Both the position numbers and the translations under genes were made by a program. From the NCBI GenBank assembly GCA_965197415.1, contig OZ240207.1:2709853-2773852 (forward strand): a stretch of DNA of 64,000 bases, given 5' to 3'. The notes under the pieces were generated by a model, which worked only from the letters and a program-made list of their open reading frames with translations, ran no database searches and had not been told where the DNA came from. This document shows, one piece after another, positions 8,899 to 18,328 of the stretch. This stretch comes from Dehalococcoidia bacterium (lineage in GTDB: Bacteria > Chloroflexota > Dehalococcoidia > Lucifugimonadales > JAGWBF01). Within the stretch, counting starts at the first letter, position 1; each line of letters starts with the position of its first letter.

Positions 8899-9593
8899 GG
8901 TTGCTCCTGTCTCCGATCTGACGGGCCGCGCTCCAGCCAGTCCTCTCGCCGGGCCACGTCCCTGTCCCTGAACAACCTGTTGAAATAGACCTCACGCAGA
9001 GGCACTCCCCTGGTCGGAGGGTTCCAGTTGGAGGTCAGGCGCTTCAACGTCACTAACCCCAATAGTCCCACACAGAACCAAGTAACTGCAAGTGGCTCCC
9101 CCAACAAAACGCTCCACACAGGCAACAACAGCAGGGATATGTATACCCATACCCCCGAGCTCCTGGTTATGAACCATCCGCCCAGTCCGATTCCCGAGAA
9201 GAGAATCAGCAACTGACACCATTCGTTGAGCCCCAGGACGAACAACGCCCCCAATGCCACGGCTATGCCTCTTCCCCCGGTGAATTTCAGGTAAAGGGAC
9301 CAATTATTGCCTGCTATGGCGGCCAGGGGCAGCCCGGTCAACAGAATGGACGAACGGTCCAAGTCGAGAACGTACATCCCAATCCATAGGGGAGAGCCGC
9401 CCTTCGCGAACAGCTCGAAGAGGCCCAGGGGAATCAACCAGCGTCCGCCCACGCTCTCGAAGAGGTTGGAGCCGCCGACGTTGCCGCTGCCAAAGCCGCG
9501 GATGTCGATGCCTTTTACAACACGGGCAATGACGTAGGCGGTGGGAACGGAACCTATGAGAAGAGCGTAGACGTAAAGGGCCGCCAGTTCCAC
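8895..9593 (-). CDS. plsY: glycerol-3-phosphate acyltransferase PlsY with a charged C-terminal tail
   Basis: The motifs LIGSVPTAYVIARVVKGIDIRGFGSGNVGGSN and GGRGIAV are typical of PlsY. Confidence 0.85.
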   Translation of the reverse strand: MELAALYVYALLIGSVPTAYVIARVVKGIDIRGFGSGNVGGSNLFESVGGRWLIPLGLFELFAKGGSPLWIGMYVLDLDRSSILLTGLPLAAIAGNNWSLYLKFTGGRGIAVALGALFVLGLNEWCQLLILFSGIGLGGWFITRSSGVWVYISLLLLPVWSVLLGEPLAVTWFCVGLLGLVTLKRLTSNWNPPTRGVPLREVYFNRLFRDRDVARREDWLERGPSDRRQEQP

Positions 9594-9602
9594 GAGGGTC
9601 CT

Positions 9603-10433
9603 CTAGCCCTTCCGGGCGTGTCTCTTGAGCTGTTCCACCGTTTCCGGCGGCGGCCCGCTGGCGCCGGGCAGGTACTCGGTGCGGTCGGGTATGGCGTGGT
9701 AGTCGGTGCCTCCGCAGGGGACCAGGCCGAACCGGTCAGCCACCCTGGCCAGCTCCTCGACTTGCTCGCTGGAGAACTTGGCGTAGTGGACTTCGATCCC
9801 AACCAGCCCGGCGTCCTTCAAGTCTGCGACATAGTTCAGGTAGTCGTCCACGTATATGGGATGGGCCATTACAGGGACGCCACCCCAGGACTTGATCAGG
9901 TCTATGGCGTCGTTTGGACTGAGTTTTGCCCTTTCGGTGTATGCCGGAGAGTTGCGCCCGATGTACCTTTCGAATGCATCATCGGTGTCCCTTACCCAGC
10001 CGCCCTCCACCAGGGCCTGTGCGACGTGAGGGCGTCCTATTGCTGCCTCTCCCGCCAACTCTTGCACCCTTTCCCAGGTGATTCCCATTCCCATCTCCCG
10101 GAGCCTTTCAACCATTCTGCGGCCCCGGTCCTGCCTGCCCCGGCGGAACTGTGTCAGGGTCTCCTGCACCTTCGGGTCCTCGTGAGGAATGTAGTATCCC
10201 AGGATGTGTATCTCGTTGCCCGGGACGTCAGCGCTCAGTTCGATGCCGGGTATGACCGTCAAGTCAGGATGCTTCCGGGCGGCCTCGAAGGCTTCCGGGA
10301 GTCCCTCGGTGGAGTCGTGGTCGGTGATTGCGATGACCTTGAGACCTTGCCCGGCGGCCAGGTCCACCAGTTCAGTGGGCGTAAGGCGCCCGTCGGAGGC
10401 CGTGGTGTGGAGGTGAAGGTCTACAAGAGCCAT
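9603..10433 (-). CDS. PHP-domain metal-dependent phosphoesterase (TrpH/YciV-like)
   Basis: The segment DLHLHTTASDGRLTPTELV...IAITDHDS is the canonical PHP N-terminal motif. Confidence 0.85.
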   Translation of the reverse strand: MALVDLHLHTTASDGRLTPTELVDLAAGQGLKVIAITDHDSTEGLPEAFEAARKHPDLTVIPGIELSADVPGNEIHILGYYIPHEDPKVQETLTQFRRGRQDRGRRMVERLREMGMGITWERVQELAGEAAIGRPHVAQALVEGGWVRDTDDAFERYIGRNSPAYTERAKLSPNDAIDLIKSWGGVPVMAHPIYVDDYLNYVADLKDAGLVGIEVHYAKFSSEQVEELARVADRFGLVPCGGTDYHAIPDRTEYLPGASGPPPETVEQLKRHARKG

Positions 10434-10435
10434 GT

Positions 10436-11206
10436 TTAGGGCAGGACCCGGTCAATGCGCTGAATGTCTGTGGCCCGTCCGTCGGCGTCAAGGTCCACCA
10501 GTACCGAGTTGAACTGTACCGGGCCCTGGGGAACGCTAAAGCGTTTGGGCATCTGGGTCAGGAATCCCTCCAACACCGCCTGCACGTCGGTCCCGATGAC
10601 GGAGTTCTGAGGCCCGACCATCCCTACGTCCGAGATGTACGCCGTGCCTTGGGGGAATATGCGCGGGTCTGCGGTGGGCACGTGGGTATGGGTGCCAAAA
10701 ACTGCGCTGACCCTGCCGTCCAAGTACCAGGCCATGGCTTGCTTCTCTGAAGTTGCCTCCGCGTGAAAGTCCACGAGGATCGCCATCTCGTCGCCGTTGG
10801 AGCCGATTTCCCGCAGAACTTGGTCGGCGGTGCGAAACGGGCAGTCCAGAGGACTCATGAAAACACGGCCCATCAGGTTCACCACCGCCGTGTTGCCCAG
10901 CTTGACGTATCCCCGGCCCGGCACGCCGGGCGGGTAGTTGGCCGGCCTGATGAGCGCAGGTTCTTCATCTATGTAGGGGACCACTTCTTTTTGCTTCCAG
11001 ATGTGGTTTCCGGATGTAATTACGTCGACTCCCGCCGCCAGCAGGTCGTGGGCCGTCTCTGGCGTTACTCCGAATCCGCCGGCGCTGTTCTCCCCGTTGG
11101 CGACCACCATGTCGACGTCGTATTCTTGCCGTAGACCGGGCAGGACGCTCTGGACCGCTTTCCGGCCCGGTTTGCCAACCACATCGCCTATCATCAATAT
11201 CCGCAA
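10436..11206 (-). CDS. ymdB: YmdB-family metallophosphoesterase (2',3'-cyclic-nucleotide 2'-phosphodiesterase)
   Basis: The motifs MRILMIGDVVGKPGR and GENSAGGFG support the call, as does the conserved position directly downstream of rny. Confidence 0.85.
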   Translation of the reverse strand: MRILMIGDVVGKPGRKAVQSVLPGLRQEYDVDMVVANGENSAGGFGVTPETAHDLLAAGVDVITSGNHIWKQKEVVPYIDEEPALIRPANYPPGVPGRGYVKLGNTAVVNLMGRVFMSPLDCPFRTADQVLREIGSNGDEMAILVDFHAEATSEKQAMAWYLDGRVSAVFGTHTHVPTADPRIFPQGTAYISDVGMVGPQNSVIGTDVQAVLEGFLTQMPKRFSVPQGPVQFNSVLVDLDADGRATDIQRIDRVLP

Positions 11207-11328
11207 GGTCTTGTCCTTCCAGTGATTTAGATTAACACTCGGCGCCGCCCCTCGCCAACTGGAACAACCAGGTTCTCGTGAAGGGAGACGTTTCGAGACG
11301 TCCAGGGCCTGATTGCCAATATAACATC

Positions 11329-11359
11329 GGGCCTGGCGCCCGTCATTGACGCCAGGCCC
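11329..11359 (-). terminator. strong intercistronic hairpin between rny and ymdB (attenuator or processing site; terminator status uncertain)
   Basis: A perfect 10-bp stem pairs gggcctggcg (11329-11338) with cgccaggccc (11350-11359) across an 11-nt loop. The downstream minus-strand sequence gatgttatatt is only moderately T-rich. Confidence 0.4.
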
Positions 11360-11387
11360 GATATGGTCTCACCGTATTCTTCCCGCA

Positions 11388-12866
11388 CTAGCGGGCATAT
11401 TCTATGGAACGGGTTTCCCTGATCACAGTCACTTTTATCTGACCTGGGAAAATCAGGTCGTTGGTTATTTTATTGGCTACGTCCCGTGCCAGCATGGTGG
11501 CTGCGTAGTCGTCCATGTGCTCGGGCTTGACCATGACCCTGACCTCGCGGCCCGCCTGGATGGCGTAGGCCTTTTCCACGCCGCTGAAGCTGGTGGCAGC
11601 CTCTTCCAGTTCGGCAAGCCGCTTGACGTAGTGTTCAGCGCTTTCCTTACGGGCCCCTGGGCGAGCGGCGCTGACTGCGTCGGCGGAGGCCACCAGGAAC
11701 GCCTCCACGGAGCCGCGCTCTTCGTCGTGGTGCTCCATGATGGCCCGGTAGACCTCCGGGTGTATGCCGAACTTGCGGGCGATTTCCGCTCCAATTTCGG
11801 CGTGGGGTCCGGACACCTCGTGGGTGAGCGCCTTGCCGATGTCGTGGAGGAGCCCTCCGGCCTTGGCGACTTCGATGTTCGCGCCTATCTCTCCCGCCAG
11901 CATTCCGGCGATGTGGGACACCTCGACGGAATGGAGCAGGACGTTCTCACCATAGCTGTAGCGGAATTTCAACCTTCCCAACAGCTTTACGAGTTCGGGG
12001 TTCAGGCCAGCAACTGCAGAGTCTAGTGTGGCCTTCTCTCCCTCTCTCTGGATGGTCTCCTCGATTTCCTTTTGAGCCCTGCCGACCATGTCTTCGATGC
12101 GGGCGGGCTGAATCCGGCCGTCCTGCACCAGGTTGGTGAGGGCGATGCGGGCAGTCTCCCTTCGAATGGGGTCGAAGCAGGATATGGTCACGATTTCCGG
12201 CGTGTCGTCGATGATCACGTCCACGCCGGTGAGGGACTCCAACATTTTGATGTTGCGGCCCTCTCGTCCTATGAGCCTGCCCTTCATGTCGTCGCTGGGC
12301 AGGGGCACCACGGACGTTGTGTGGGTTGACACCACATCGGACGCCAACCTGTGTATGGCCAACGTCACGACCTTGCGGGCTGTTTGGTCCGAATCTTCTT
12401 TCCTTTCGCGGTCCAACTCCCAATACTTCTTAGCCAACTCATGCTTCATCTCGTCTTCGGTCTTCCTCAGAAGCATCTCCTTGGCGTCGGCAAAGGAGAG
12501 TCGGGCGATATCTTCAAGCTGCTTAAGTTGCTGGGCCTTTAACCCATTTATCTCTTCCTTCGAGCTTTCCAGGTCCGATTGTGTCTTGGCCAGTCCGTTT
12601 TCCCGTTCGTCCAGGGATTGGGCCTTCTTCTCCAGGTTCTCTTCCCGCTGACTGTGGCGGCGTTCCTGGCGCTGAATCTCCTTGCGTCGGTCACGCAGTT
12701 CGTTTTCAGCAGTCGAGCGGATCTTCACGGACTCCTCGCGGGCGTCCAGGAGCATCTGTCTCTTCTGCTCCTCTGCCTCTCCGAGGACTTTTTCAGCCTC
12801 CTCCGCAGCTAGCTTTACTCGGCTTCCAGCGCCCACCAGGTCGGTAAGGAACTTGAATGGGTTCAA
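11388..12866 (-). CDS. rny: ribonuclease Y
   Basis: The gene has a coiled-coil N-region, a KH domain (GRLIGREGRNIKMLE) and an HD domain (HSVEVSHIAG...LLHDIGKA). The start is TTG with an in-frame TGA two codons upstream. Confidence 0.95.
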   Translation of the reverse strand: MNPFKFLTDLVGAGSRVKLAAEEAEKVLGEAEEQKRQMLLDAREESVKIRSTAENELRDRRKEIQRQERRHSQREENLEKKAQSLDERENGLAKTQSDLESSKEEINGLKAQQLKQLEDIARLSFADAKEMLLRKTEDEMKHELAKKYWELDRERKEDSDQTARKVVTLAIHRLASDVVSTHTTSVVPLPSDDMKGRLIGREGRNIKMLESLTGVDVIIDDTPEIVTISCFDPIRRETARIALTNLVQDGRIQPARIEDMVGRAQKEIEETIQREGEKATLDSAVAGLNPELVKLLGRLKFRYSYGENVLLHSVEVSHIAGMLAGEIGANIEVAKAGGLLHDIGKALTHEVSGPHAEIGAEIARKFGIHPEVYRAIMEHHDEERGSVEAFLVASADAVSAARPGARKESAEHYVKRLAELEEAATSFSGVEKAYAIQAGREVRVMVKPEHMDDYAATMLARDVANKITNDLIFPGQIKVTVIRETRSIEYAR

Positions 12867-13012
12867 TTCAGTTCACCTTTTCCTTTCCGCACCAGGCATT
12901 GTGTGACAAGAGGCACTCTGCTACCCCTTGTAGCACATATTAGCGAGGCCTCAATATAGTGTCAAGATAGTCTCAAGCTCTTAATACTGGGTATCAATCC
13001 CAGTCCCATTTC

Positions 13013-13041
13013 TTGACAAGCCCATACGCCAAGTCTAGACT
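13013..13041 (+). promoter_or_regulatory. sigma-70-like promoter upstream of the sulfite reductase gene
   Basis: TTGACA (13013-13018), a 17-nt spacer and TAGACT (13036-13041). This leaves a leader of about 135 nt before the GTG at 13182. Confidence 0.55.
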
Positions 13042-13181
13042 GTCTGCAATGCGCCTGGAAGATGACCTTTTCCGCCTCTGTACGTGCCCCTTTTAAGAGC
13101 GGGTGCGCCGCAGCAATGGAGGCATTCGCCTGCGTCAAACTGGAGTAAACGCCTTTTCCCCTTTTCCGACAGGAGGATAAC

Positions 13182-15029
13182 GTGAGCAGTGGAGTCAGAG
13201 GCCCCAACGTAGCATCACAGCAAGAGATTCACAAAAGCAGCATGGAGCTGGCAGGGAAGTCCGTCGGAATCATTCCCTACATCGAGCAGGAGGCGGTCAA
13301 CCTGGAAGAAGAAATCAAGGCGTTCCGCGCCGGGGAGCGTGAGGTCACCCAGTTCATGCCCTTCAGGCTCAGGCAGGGTGTTTACGGGCAGCGTCAGCCG
13401 GAGGCCCAGATGCTCAGGGTGAAAATCCCCGGTGGAATACTGACGCCTGAGGCTATGGATGTCCTGGGCCAGCTGGCCGAAGAGTATGCTCCTCTGGCAA
13501 AGGGCCATGTGACCACACGGGAGAACTTCCAGTTCCATCACATACCCCTGGAACGCACCCCCGACGCTATCCGCCTTATTGGAATGGCGGGCCTCAGCAC
13601 ACGTGAAGCCTGCGGGAACACCGTCCGGAACGTGGTCGGCGACCCGTTGGCCGGAGTATGCCCCGACGAGGTGTTCGACCCGACACCTCACCTGGCGGCC
13701 TACGTGAGGTACGCCGTCAGACATCCCGTGACCCAGAACTTCCCCAGGAAGTTCAAGACTTCATTCACTGGATGCGCCGACCATGACGCGGTGGCAGGCG
13801 CCATCCACGATCTGTCGTTCATAGCCCAGGAGCGTGAAGAGGACGGGGTTTCCAAGCGGGGCTTCAAGGTGATGGTGGGAGGTGGCACCTCAATCATGCC
13901 CAGGCTCGGCCACATACTGTACGAGTTTGTGCCCGAAGAGGACTATCTGAGGGTGGCGGAGGCGCTATGGAGGATATTCGACAGGTCCGACATGCTCCGC
14001 AAGAACCGGATGATGGCCCGTATCAAGGTGCTCATAGACCGCATCGGCTTCGACGCCTTCAAAGAGATGGTGGAGGAGGAACTGAAGGGCATCGGGCCCA
14101 TTGACCCCAAGCCCCTCATGAATCTGGACGAGATACACAACGAGGTCCCGCCGGCAACGGCTTCGTCGCGTAACGGCGACGAACAGGAGTATCCTCCCGA
14201 GTTCCTGTTCTGGAAGAACACCAACACGACAGGCCAGAAGCAGGAAGGTTACTACATAGCCTACGTGAAGCTGCCGCTGGGTGACATATACGTCAATCAG
14301 TTCAAGGCTCTGGCCGACATCACTCGCAAGCACACCGGGGGCAGAGCCAGGACGACCCAGGAGCAGAACCTGGCGTTCCGCTGGGTGCCGGAGGCGCACC
14401 TGTACGACGTGTGGAAGGAACTCAAAGAAATTGGACTGGCGGGCGCAGAAGCCAACACCATCACCGACGTGGTCTCCTGCCCCGGCACTGACAGCTGCAA
14501 GCTGGGCATCACGTCGTCTATGGGCCTTGGGGAGGCCATACGCACGGAGTTGGAGTCGCTGAACGGCCATCTGGACGACCCGCTGGTGAAGAAGATGCAC
14601 ATCAAGATGAGCGGTTGTCCCAACGGGTGCGGCCTCCACCACATAGCTCACATCGGCTTCCACGGCGCGGCTTTGAAAGGGCCGGGCGGAGTCCAGCTTC
14701 CGGCTTATGAGCTGTTCCTGGGAGGTTACTACGGGGAGAAGACCGTGGAAGAGGCCCGCATCGGCCAGAGGCTCCCGGGCGTCAAGGTGCCCTCCAAGAA
14801 GGCGCCGGAACTGGTGAAGGACTTGGTGTCCTACTACAAAGGCAACCGCAACGACGGCGAGGAATTTATAGATTTCGTGGACCGGGTGGGCTTGGAGCCC
14901 TTTGCTGCGATTGCCGCTCCTTACCGGGAAGTGGGGCCGCTGGGACCGGACACCCAGGACATCTACATGGACTGGAAAAAGGAGGAGCTTTACAAGCTTG
15001 AACGGGGTGAAGGGGAGTGCGCCGTCTAG
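13182..15029 (+). CDS. ferredoxin-type sulfite/nitrite reductase (siroheme/[4Fe-4S] hemoprotein)
   Basis: The gene has duplicated nitrite/sulfite reductase ferredoxin-like halves and the siroheme-cluster Cys motifs (SCPGTDSCKLG, SGCPNGCG). AGGAGG lies 5-6 nt before the GTG start. Confidence 0.9.
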   Translation: MSSGVRGPNVASQQEIHKSSMELAGKSVGIIPYIEQEAVNLEEEIKAFRAGEREVTQFMPFRLRQGVYGQRQPEAQMLRVKIPGGILTPEAMDVLGQLAEEYAPLAKGHVTTRENFQFHHIPLERTPDAIRLIGMAGLSTREACGNTVRNVVGDPLAGVCPDEVFDPTPHLAAYVRYAVRHPVTQNFPRKFKTSFTGCADHDAVAGAIHDLSFIAQEREEDGVSKRGFKVMVGGGTSIMPRLGHILYEFVPEEDYLRVAEALWRIFDRSDMLRKNRMMARIKVLIDRIGFDAFKEMVEEELKGIGPIDPKPLMNLDEIHNEVPPATASSRNGDEQEYPPEFLFWKNTNTTGQKQEGYYIAYVKLPLGDIYVNQFKALADITRKHTGGRARTTQEQNLAFRWVPEAHLYDVWKELKEIGLAGAEANTITDVVSCPGTDSCKLGITSSMGLGEAIRTELESLNGHLDDPLVKKMHIKMSGCPNGCGLHHIAHIGFHGAALKGPGGVQLPAYELFLGGYYGEKTVEEARIGQRLPGVKVPSKKAPELVKDLVSYYKGNRNDGEEFIDFVDRVGLEPFAAIAAPYREVGPLGPDTQDIYMDWKKEELYKLERGEGECAV

Positions 15030-15035
15030 CTTCCC

Positions 15036-15401
15036 ATGGGAACGAGTAGAAAGAAGGCCCTGGAGTACGCCGACGAAATCATCGCCGTGCCCAAGGCCCA
15101 CGTTCGTGTAACTCTGCGACAGACGAAACAGGGAGTCACTCTTCTCCACGAGGGCCGTGCCCTGACCCGTTGTCACCTCACCCGCACCGGCATGGCCGCG
15201 GCTCGTTGCATGGCTGAAGCCTTAGGGGTGGGAGTGCCGCGCCTGGGAGAGTCAGTGGACGCGCGGGTCTCTACGGGAGTCCTGTGGAGGGCCGTCTCGA
15301 TCTCATGCTTGGACATGAGGAAAGCCGAGTCCCACGCAATACTGGAAAGGTTGCTGGAGGAGGCGTCGATGCAGAGAGGTTCGGGAAGCGACGCCATCTA
15401 A
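15036..15401 (+). CDS. hypothetical protein
   Basis: This 121-aa ORF starts 7 nt after the reductase stop. I recognise no motif, and the coding status rests only on its position and length. Confidence 0.35.
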   Translation: MGTSRKKALEYADEIIAVPKAHVRVTLRQTKQGVTLLHEGRALTRCHLTRTGMAAARCMAEALGVGVPRLGESVDARVSTGVLWRAVSISCLDMRKAESHAILERLLEEASMQRGSGSDAI

Positions 15402-15425
15402 AGCGTTTACCGCCTATCTGGGCGG

Positions 15426-15821
15426 CTAGCTTCTAAGCCATCGACGGAGGCGTTCCAGGAGGGTGTCTTGTTCATCAACAGTGCGGCCTCGCCATTTCTT
15501 CTGATACCGCGGCGCCCCGGGCCTTACGAAGAAGAGTGCGTAGGCTATTACGAACAGGACCAGCCCGGCGATCACCAACTGGAGCACGTAGCCGATTCCT
15601 GTTGCTCCCAGTATCATCGCTACGACGAGCAACGCAAAGCTGACCAGCATCAGCTTCCCGGCCGATATCTTAAGTCCCCGTCCACCCGTCAGCTTGTGGA
15701 TAGGACCTGGATGGACGCTTTCAGCGGCCTTTGGCTCTTGCCTTGAGGACCGGTCCTTGGGCGAGACCTCCTCGGCCTGCTTGAGGATTTCCTCAATCTC
15801 CCTTTCGAACTTGCTGGACAT
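15426..15821 (-). CDS. hypothetical membrane protein
   Basis: A charged N-terminus is followed by two clear hydrophobic helices (LMLVSFALLVVAMILGATGIGYVLQLVIAGLVLFVIAYALFF). Confidence 0.5.
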   Translation of the reverse strand: MSSKFEREIEEILKQAEEVSPKDRSSRQEPKAAESVHPGPIHKLTGGRGLKISAGKLMLVSFALLVVAMILGATGIGYVLQLVIAGLVLFVIAYALFFVRPGAPRYQKKWRGRTVDEQDTLLERLRRWLRS

Positions 15822-16054
15822 CAGATCTCCCGAATGATGCTCCCCCGAGATGTCTTCTGGACTGCTGTCACGCCGTGTCCCAGTGGGTCGAATCCCTGCG
15901 TATGGTTACGCTTGTTGCACGGCGGGTGTAAACGGAGACGACGCCCGCTCGCTCGATGATTTCACTATATCAGAAGGCAAAATACCCGTCTAGACTTGGA
16001 TTCAAGCATGGTGAATTCCCGGAGGACTCGTGCCGGAGTTCAGGGAGAGGCAGT

Positions 16055-16999
16055 CTATTCCGTTGGCGTCAAGACTCCGATGAAGGGAAGGTTCCTGTAC
16101 CGCTCCAGGTAGTCCAGCCCGTACCCCACAACGAACTCGTCGGGGATTTCAAACCCCACGTACTCCAAGGGGACGTCAACCAACCGCCGGACTTTCTTGT
16201 CCAGGAGGGTGCACACTTTGATCGAGGCAGGCTCCCGAGTCTTTATGTAGTTCAGCAGGTAGTTCAAGGTCATGCCGGTGTCGACTATGTCTTCCACCAT
16301 GAGGACGTGCTTGCCCTTGATGTCTCCGTCCAGGTCTTTGGTGATTTTGACGCCTTCTTCATTGACCCCGAATCTGGAAATGGACATAGTCTCCACGGAC
16401 AAAGGCAGGGATATGCAGCGCATCAAGTCGGCCATGAAACACATGACGCCCTTAAGGACCCCCACCAGCACGGGTTGAGAGTCGGCGTAGTCCCGGGAGA
16501 TTTGACGCCCCAGCTCCCGTACCCGCTTCTGGACCTGCTCGGCGTCGAAAAGCGCCCGGTCTATTGCCTGGAGCTCCTCCTGTGCCAGCGGGCCGTAGCC
16601 AAACTTGGCCAGGATACGGTGGTAGTCGCGCTTGTAGAGGAGCTTGACGTTGACCTCCGGGTATAACTCCCTCAGGGTGCGGAGCTTGCGGTTCTTCTCG
16701 GTGACCAGCTTCTGACGCAACGTGGTCAACTCGACGTACAGGTCCAAGTCGGGCAGGTAGAAGTCAGGGGTGAACATTTCCTGCATCCGGTCCCCTTCCC
16801 ACTTGAGGGCGAAGGAGCGGGGCTCGTAGTCCCAACGTACGCCGTAGAAGTCCAGGATGCGGGCGAACTCGGCCTCGCTGGGATGGGCAAACCGTACAGG
16901 GTTCTTGGGGCAGGCGTCGCTGGGCGACTTCAGCTGGACCGCGACCGAATCGACGTCTGCGCTGCTTGGGGTTGTCTCGTCGTGAGGCGTCTTAGCCAA
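16055..16999 (-). CDS. hpt: hypoxanthine phosphoribosyltransferase fused to an N-terminal endonuclease-like (PD-(D/E)xK-like) domain of about 140 aa
   Basis: The C-terminal 175 aa form a canonical Hpt with the PRPP loop (VLMVEDIVDTGMTL) and YVGFEIPDEFVVGYGLDY. The N-terminal part carries FTPDFYLPDLDLYVELTT. It is a single uninterrupted ORF with a TTG start. Confidence 0.85.
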   Translation of the reverse strand: MAKTPHDETTPSSADVDSVAVQLKSPSDACPKNPVRFAHPSEAEFARILDFYGVRWDYEPRSFALKWEGDRMQEMFTPDFYLPDLDLYVELTTLRQKLVTEKNRKLRTLRELYPEVNVKLLYKRDYHRILAKFGYGPLAQEELQAIDRALFDAEQVQKRVRELGRQISRDYADSQPVLVGVLKGVMCFMADLMRCISLPLSVETMSISRFGVNEEGVKITKDLDGDIKGKHVLMVEDIVDTGMTLNYLLNYIKTREPASIKVCTLLDKKVRRLVDVPLEYVGFEIPDEFVVGYGLDYLERYRNLPFIGVLTPTE

Positions 17000-17197
17000 A
17001 CGATATCCTTGTTTGGGCTGCCGAGCTGGTTACGACTATACAACGAAGGATTTGGCCGAGCAATGGCATGGGCGGCTCGTTTCTATGAACTGGTAAAGCT
17101 CCTTGCTTTGGCGCGCGTGATGCTGGTAAAATGCCCCCGCTCACCCTTCTTTCAGACATGACATTGACGGCCGGGACACGGTAAAGGAGATTCAGCC

Positions 17198-18274
17198 TTG
17201 GGCAAGATCAGAACGGCGATTATCGGAGTGGGCAACTGCGCTTCCTCCCTTGTGCAGGGGGTGCACAAGTACCGCAACCTCTCCGATAACGGGGATGTCC
17301 CGGGGATAATGCACGCCGACGTTGGCGGCTACGCCATTGACGACCTGGAATTCGTTGCCGCCTTCGACGTGGACGTGAACAAGGTTGGCAAGGACCTCTC
17401 CGAGGCTATCTTTACGGAACCCAACAACACGATAAAGTTCCACGACGTGCCCCACATCGGCGTCACCGTCGAGAGAGGCATGACCCATGACGGTATCGGG
17501 AAGTACGTAGAACACCTGGTTCAGAAGAGCCCAGGCGCCACGTCAGACATCGTCAACATTCTTCGGGAACGGGAGTGCGACGTCGTCATCAACTTTCTGC
17601 CGGTGGGCAGCGAAATGGCGACCAAGTGGTATGTAGAGCAGGTTTTGGCCGCCGGATGCGGGCTGGTCAACTGCATTCCGGTCTTTATCGCCCGAGAGTC
17701 CTACTGGCAAAAACGTTTCAAGGACGCGGGTCTTCCCGTTGTGGGCGACGACGTGAAATCCCAACTGGGCGCCACGATCACCCACCGTGTGTTGACTCGG
17801 TTGTTCGAGGACCGGGGTGTGAAGCTGAGCAGGACCTACCAGCTCAACTTCGGCGGGAACACTGACTTCCTGAACATGCTGGAACGGGAACGTCTGGTGT
17901 CCAAGAAAATATCGAAGACCAACTCCGTCGCCTCCCAGCTGGACTACGACATTGAGCCGGACAACATCCACATCGGCCCCAGCGACCACGTGCCCTGGCT
18001 GGGCGACAGGAAATGGTGCTATATCCGCATGGAGGGAGAGAACTTCGGCGGCGCTCCCTTGAACATCGAGCTCAAGCTTGAGGTGTGGGACAGCCCCAAC
18101 TCCGCCGGAGTGGTTGTGGACGCGGTCCGCTGCGTCAAGCTGGCCATGGACAGAGGCATGAGCGGCGCCGTCATAGCTCCTTCCTCCTACTTCATGAAGT
18201 CTCCTCCTGTGCAGTACACCGACGATAAGGCCCGGGAGATGGTGGAGGCCTTTATCGAGGGCCGGGAGGCCTAG
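17198..18274 (+). CDS. ino1: myo-inositol-1-phosphate synthase
   Basis: The N-terminus [18 protein letters not shown] and the 358-aa length are typical of bacterial/archaeal MIPS. AGGAG precedes the TTG start. Confidence 0.9.
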   Translation: MGKIRTAIIGVGNCASSLVQGVHKYRNLSDNGDVPGIMHADVGGYAIDDLEFVAAFDVDVNKVGKDLSEAIFTEPNNTIKFHDVPHIGVTVERGMTHDGIGKYVEHLVQKSPGATSDIVNILRERECDVVINFLPVGSEMATKWYVEQVLAAGCGLVNCIPVFIARESYWQKRFKDAGLPVVGDDVKSQLGATITHRVLTRLFEDRGVKLSRTYQLNFGGNTDFLNMLERERLVSKKISKTNSVASQLDYDIEPDNIHIGPSDHVPWLGDRKWCYIRMEGENFGGAPLNIELKLEVWDSPNSAGVVVDAVRCVKLAMDRGMSGAVIAPSSYFMKSPPVQYTDDKAREMVEAFIEGREA

Positions 18275-18277
18275 AAA

Positions 18278-18295
18278 GGCCCGCCCTGGCGGGCC
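18278..18295 (+). other. GC-rich hairpin immediately after the ino1 stop
   Basis: The stem ggcccgc-cctg-gcgggcc is 7 bp. There is no T-tract, so it is probably an intercistronic structure rather than a terminator. Confidence 0.35.
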
Positions 18296-18328
18296 GGTCA
18301 ACTGATTCCATCACATGGACGTCAGTGT

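Noticed and set aside
13965-15176. A 403-aa ORF antisense to the sulfite reductase gene
   Set aside because: It is a shadow ORF typical of high-GC DNA. The opposite strand encodes a full-length reductase with all cofactor motifs, and the antisense translation is low-complexity (rich in R, G, V and H) with no motif.
15402-15430. A possible bidirectional terminator between the hypothetical gene and the convergent membrane-protein gene (ccgcc-tatctg-ggcgg)
   Set aside because: The stem is only 5 bp, there is no T-tract, and it overlaps the stop region of the minus-strand gene.
15878-15905. A tRNA-like T-arm motif (gggtcgaatccc) in the gap between the membrane-protein gene and hpt
   Set aside because: I could not fold the flanks into acceptor, D and anticodon stems on either strand. 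The match is only the loop-like hexamer plus 3 bp.
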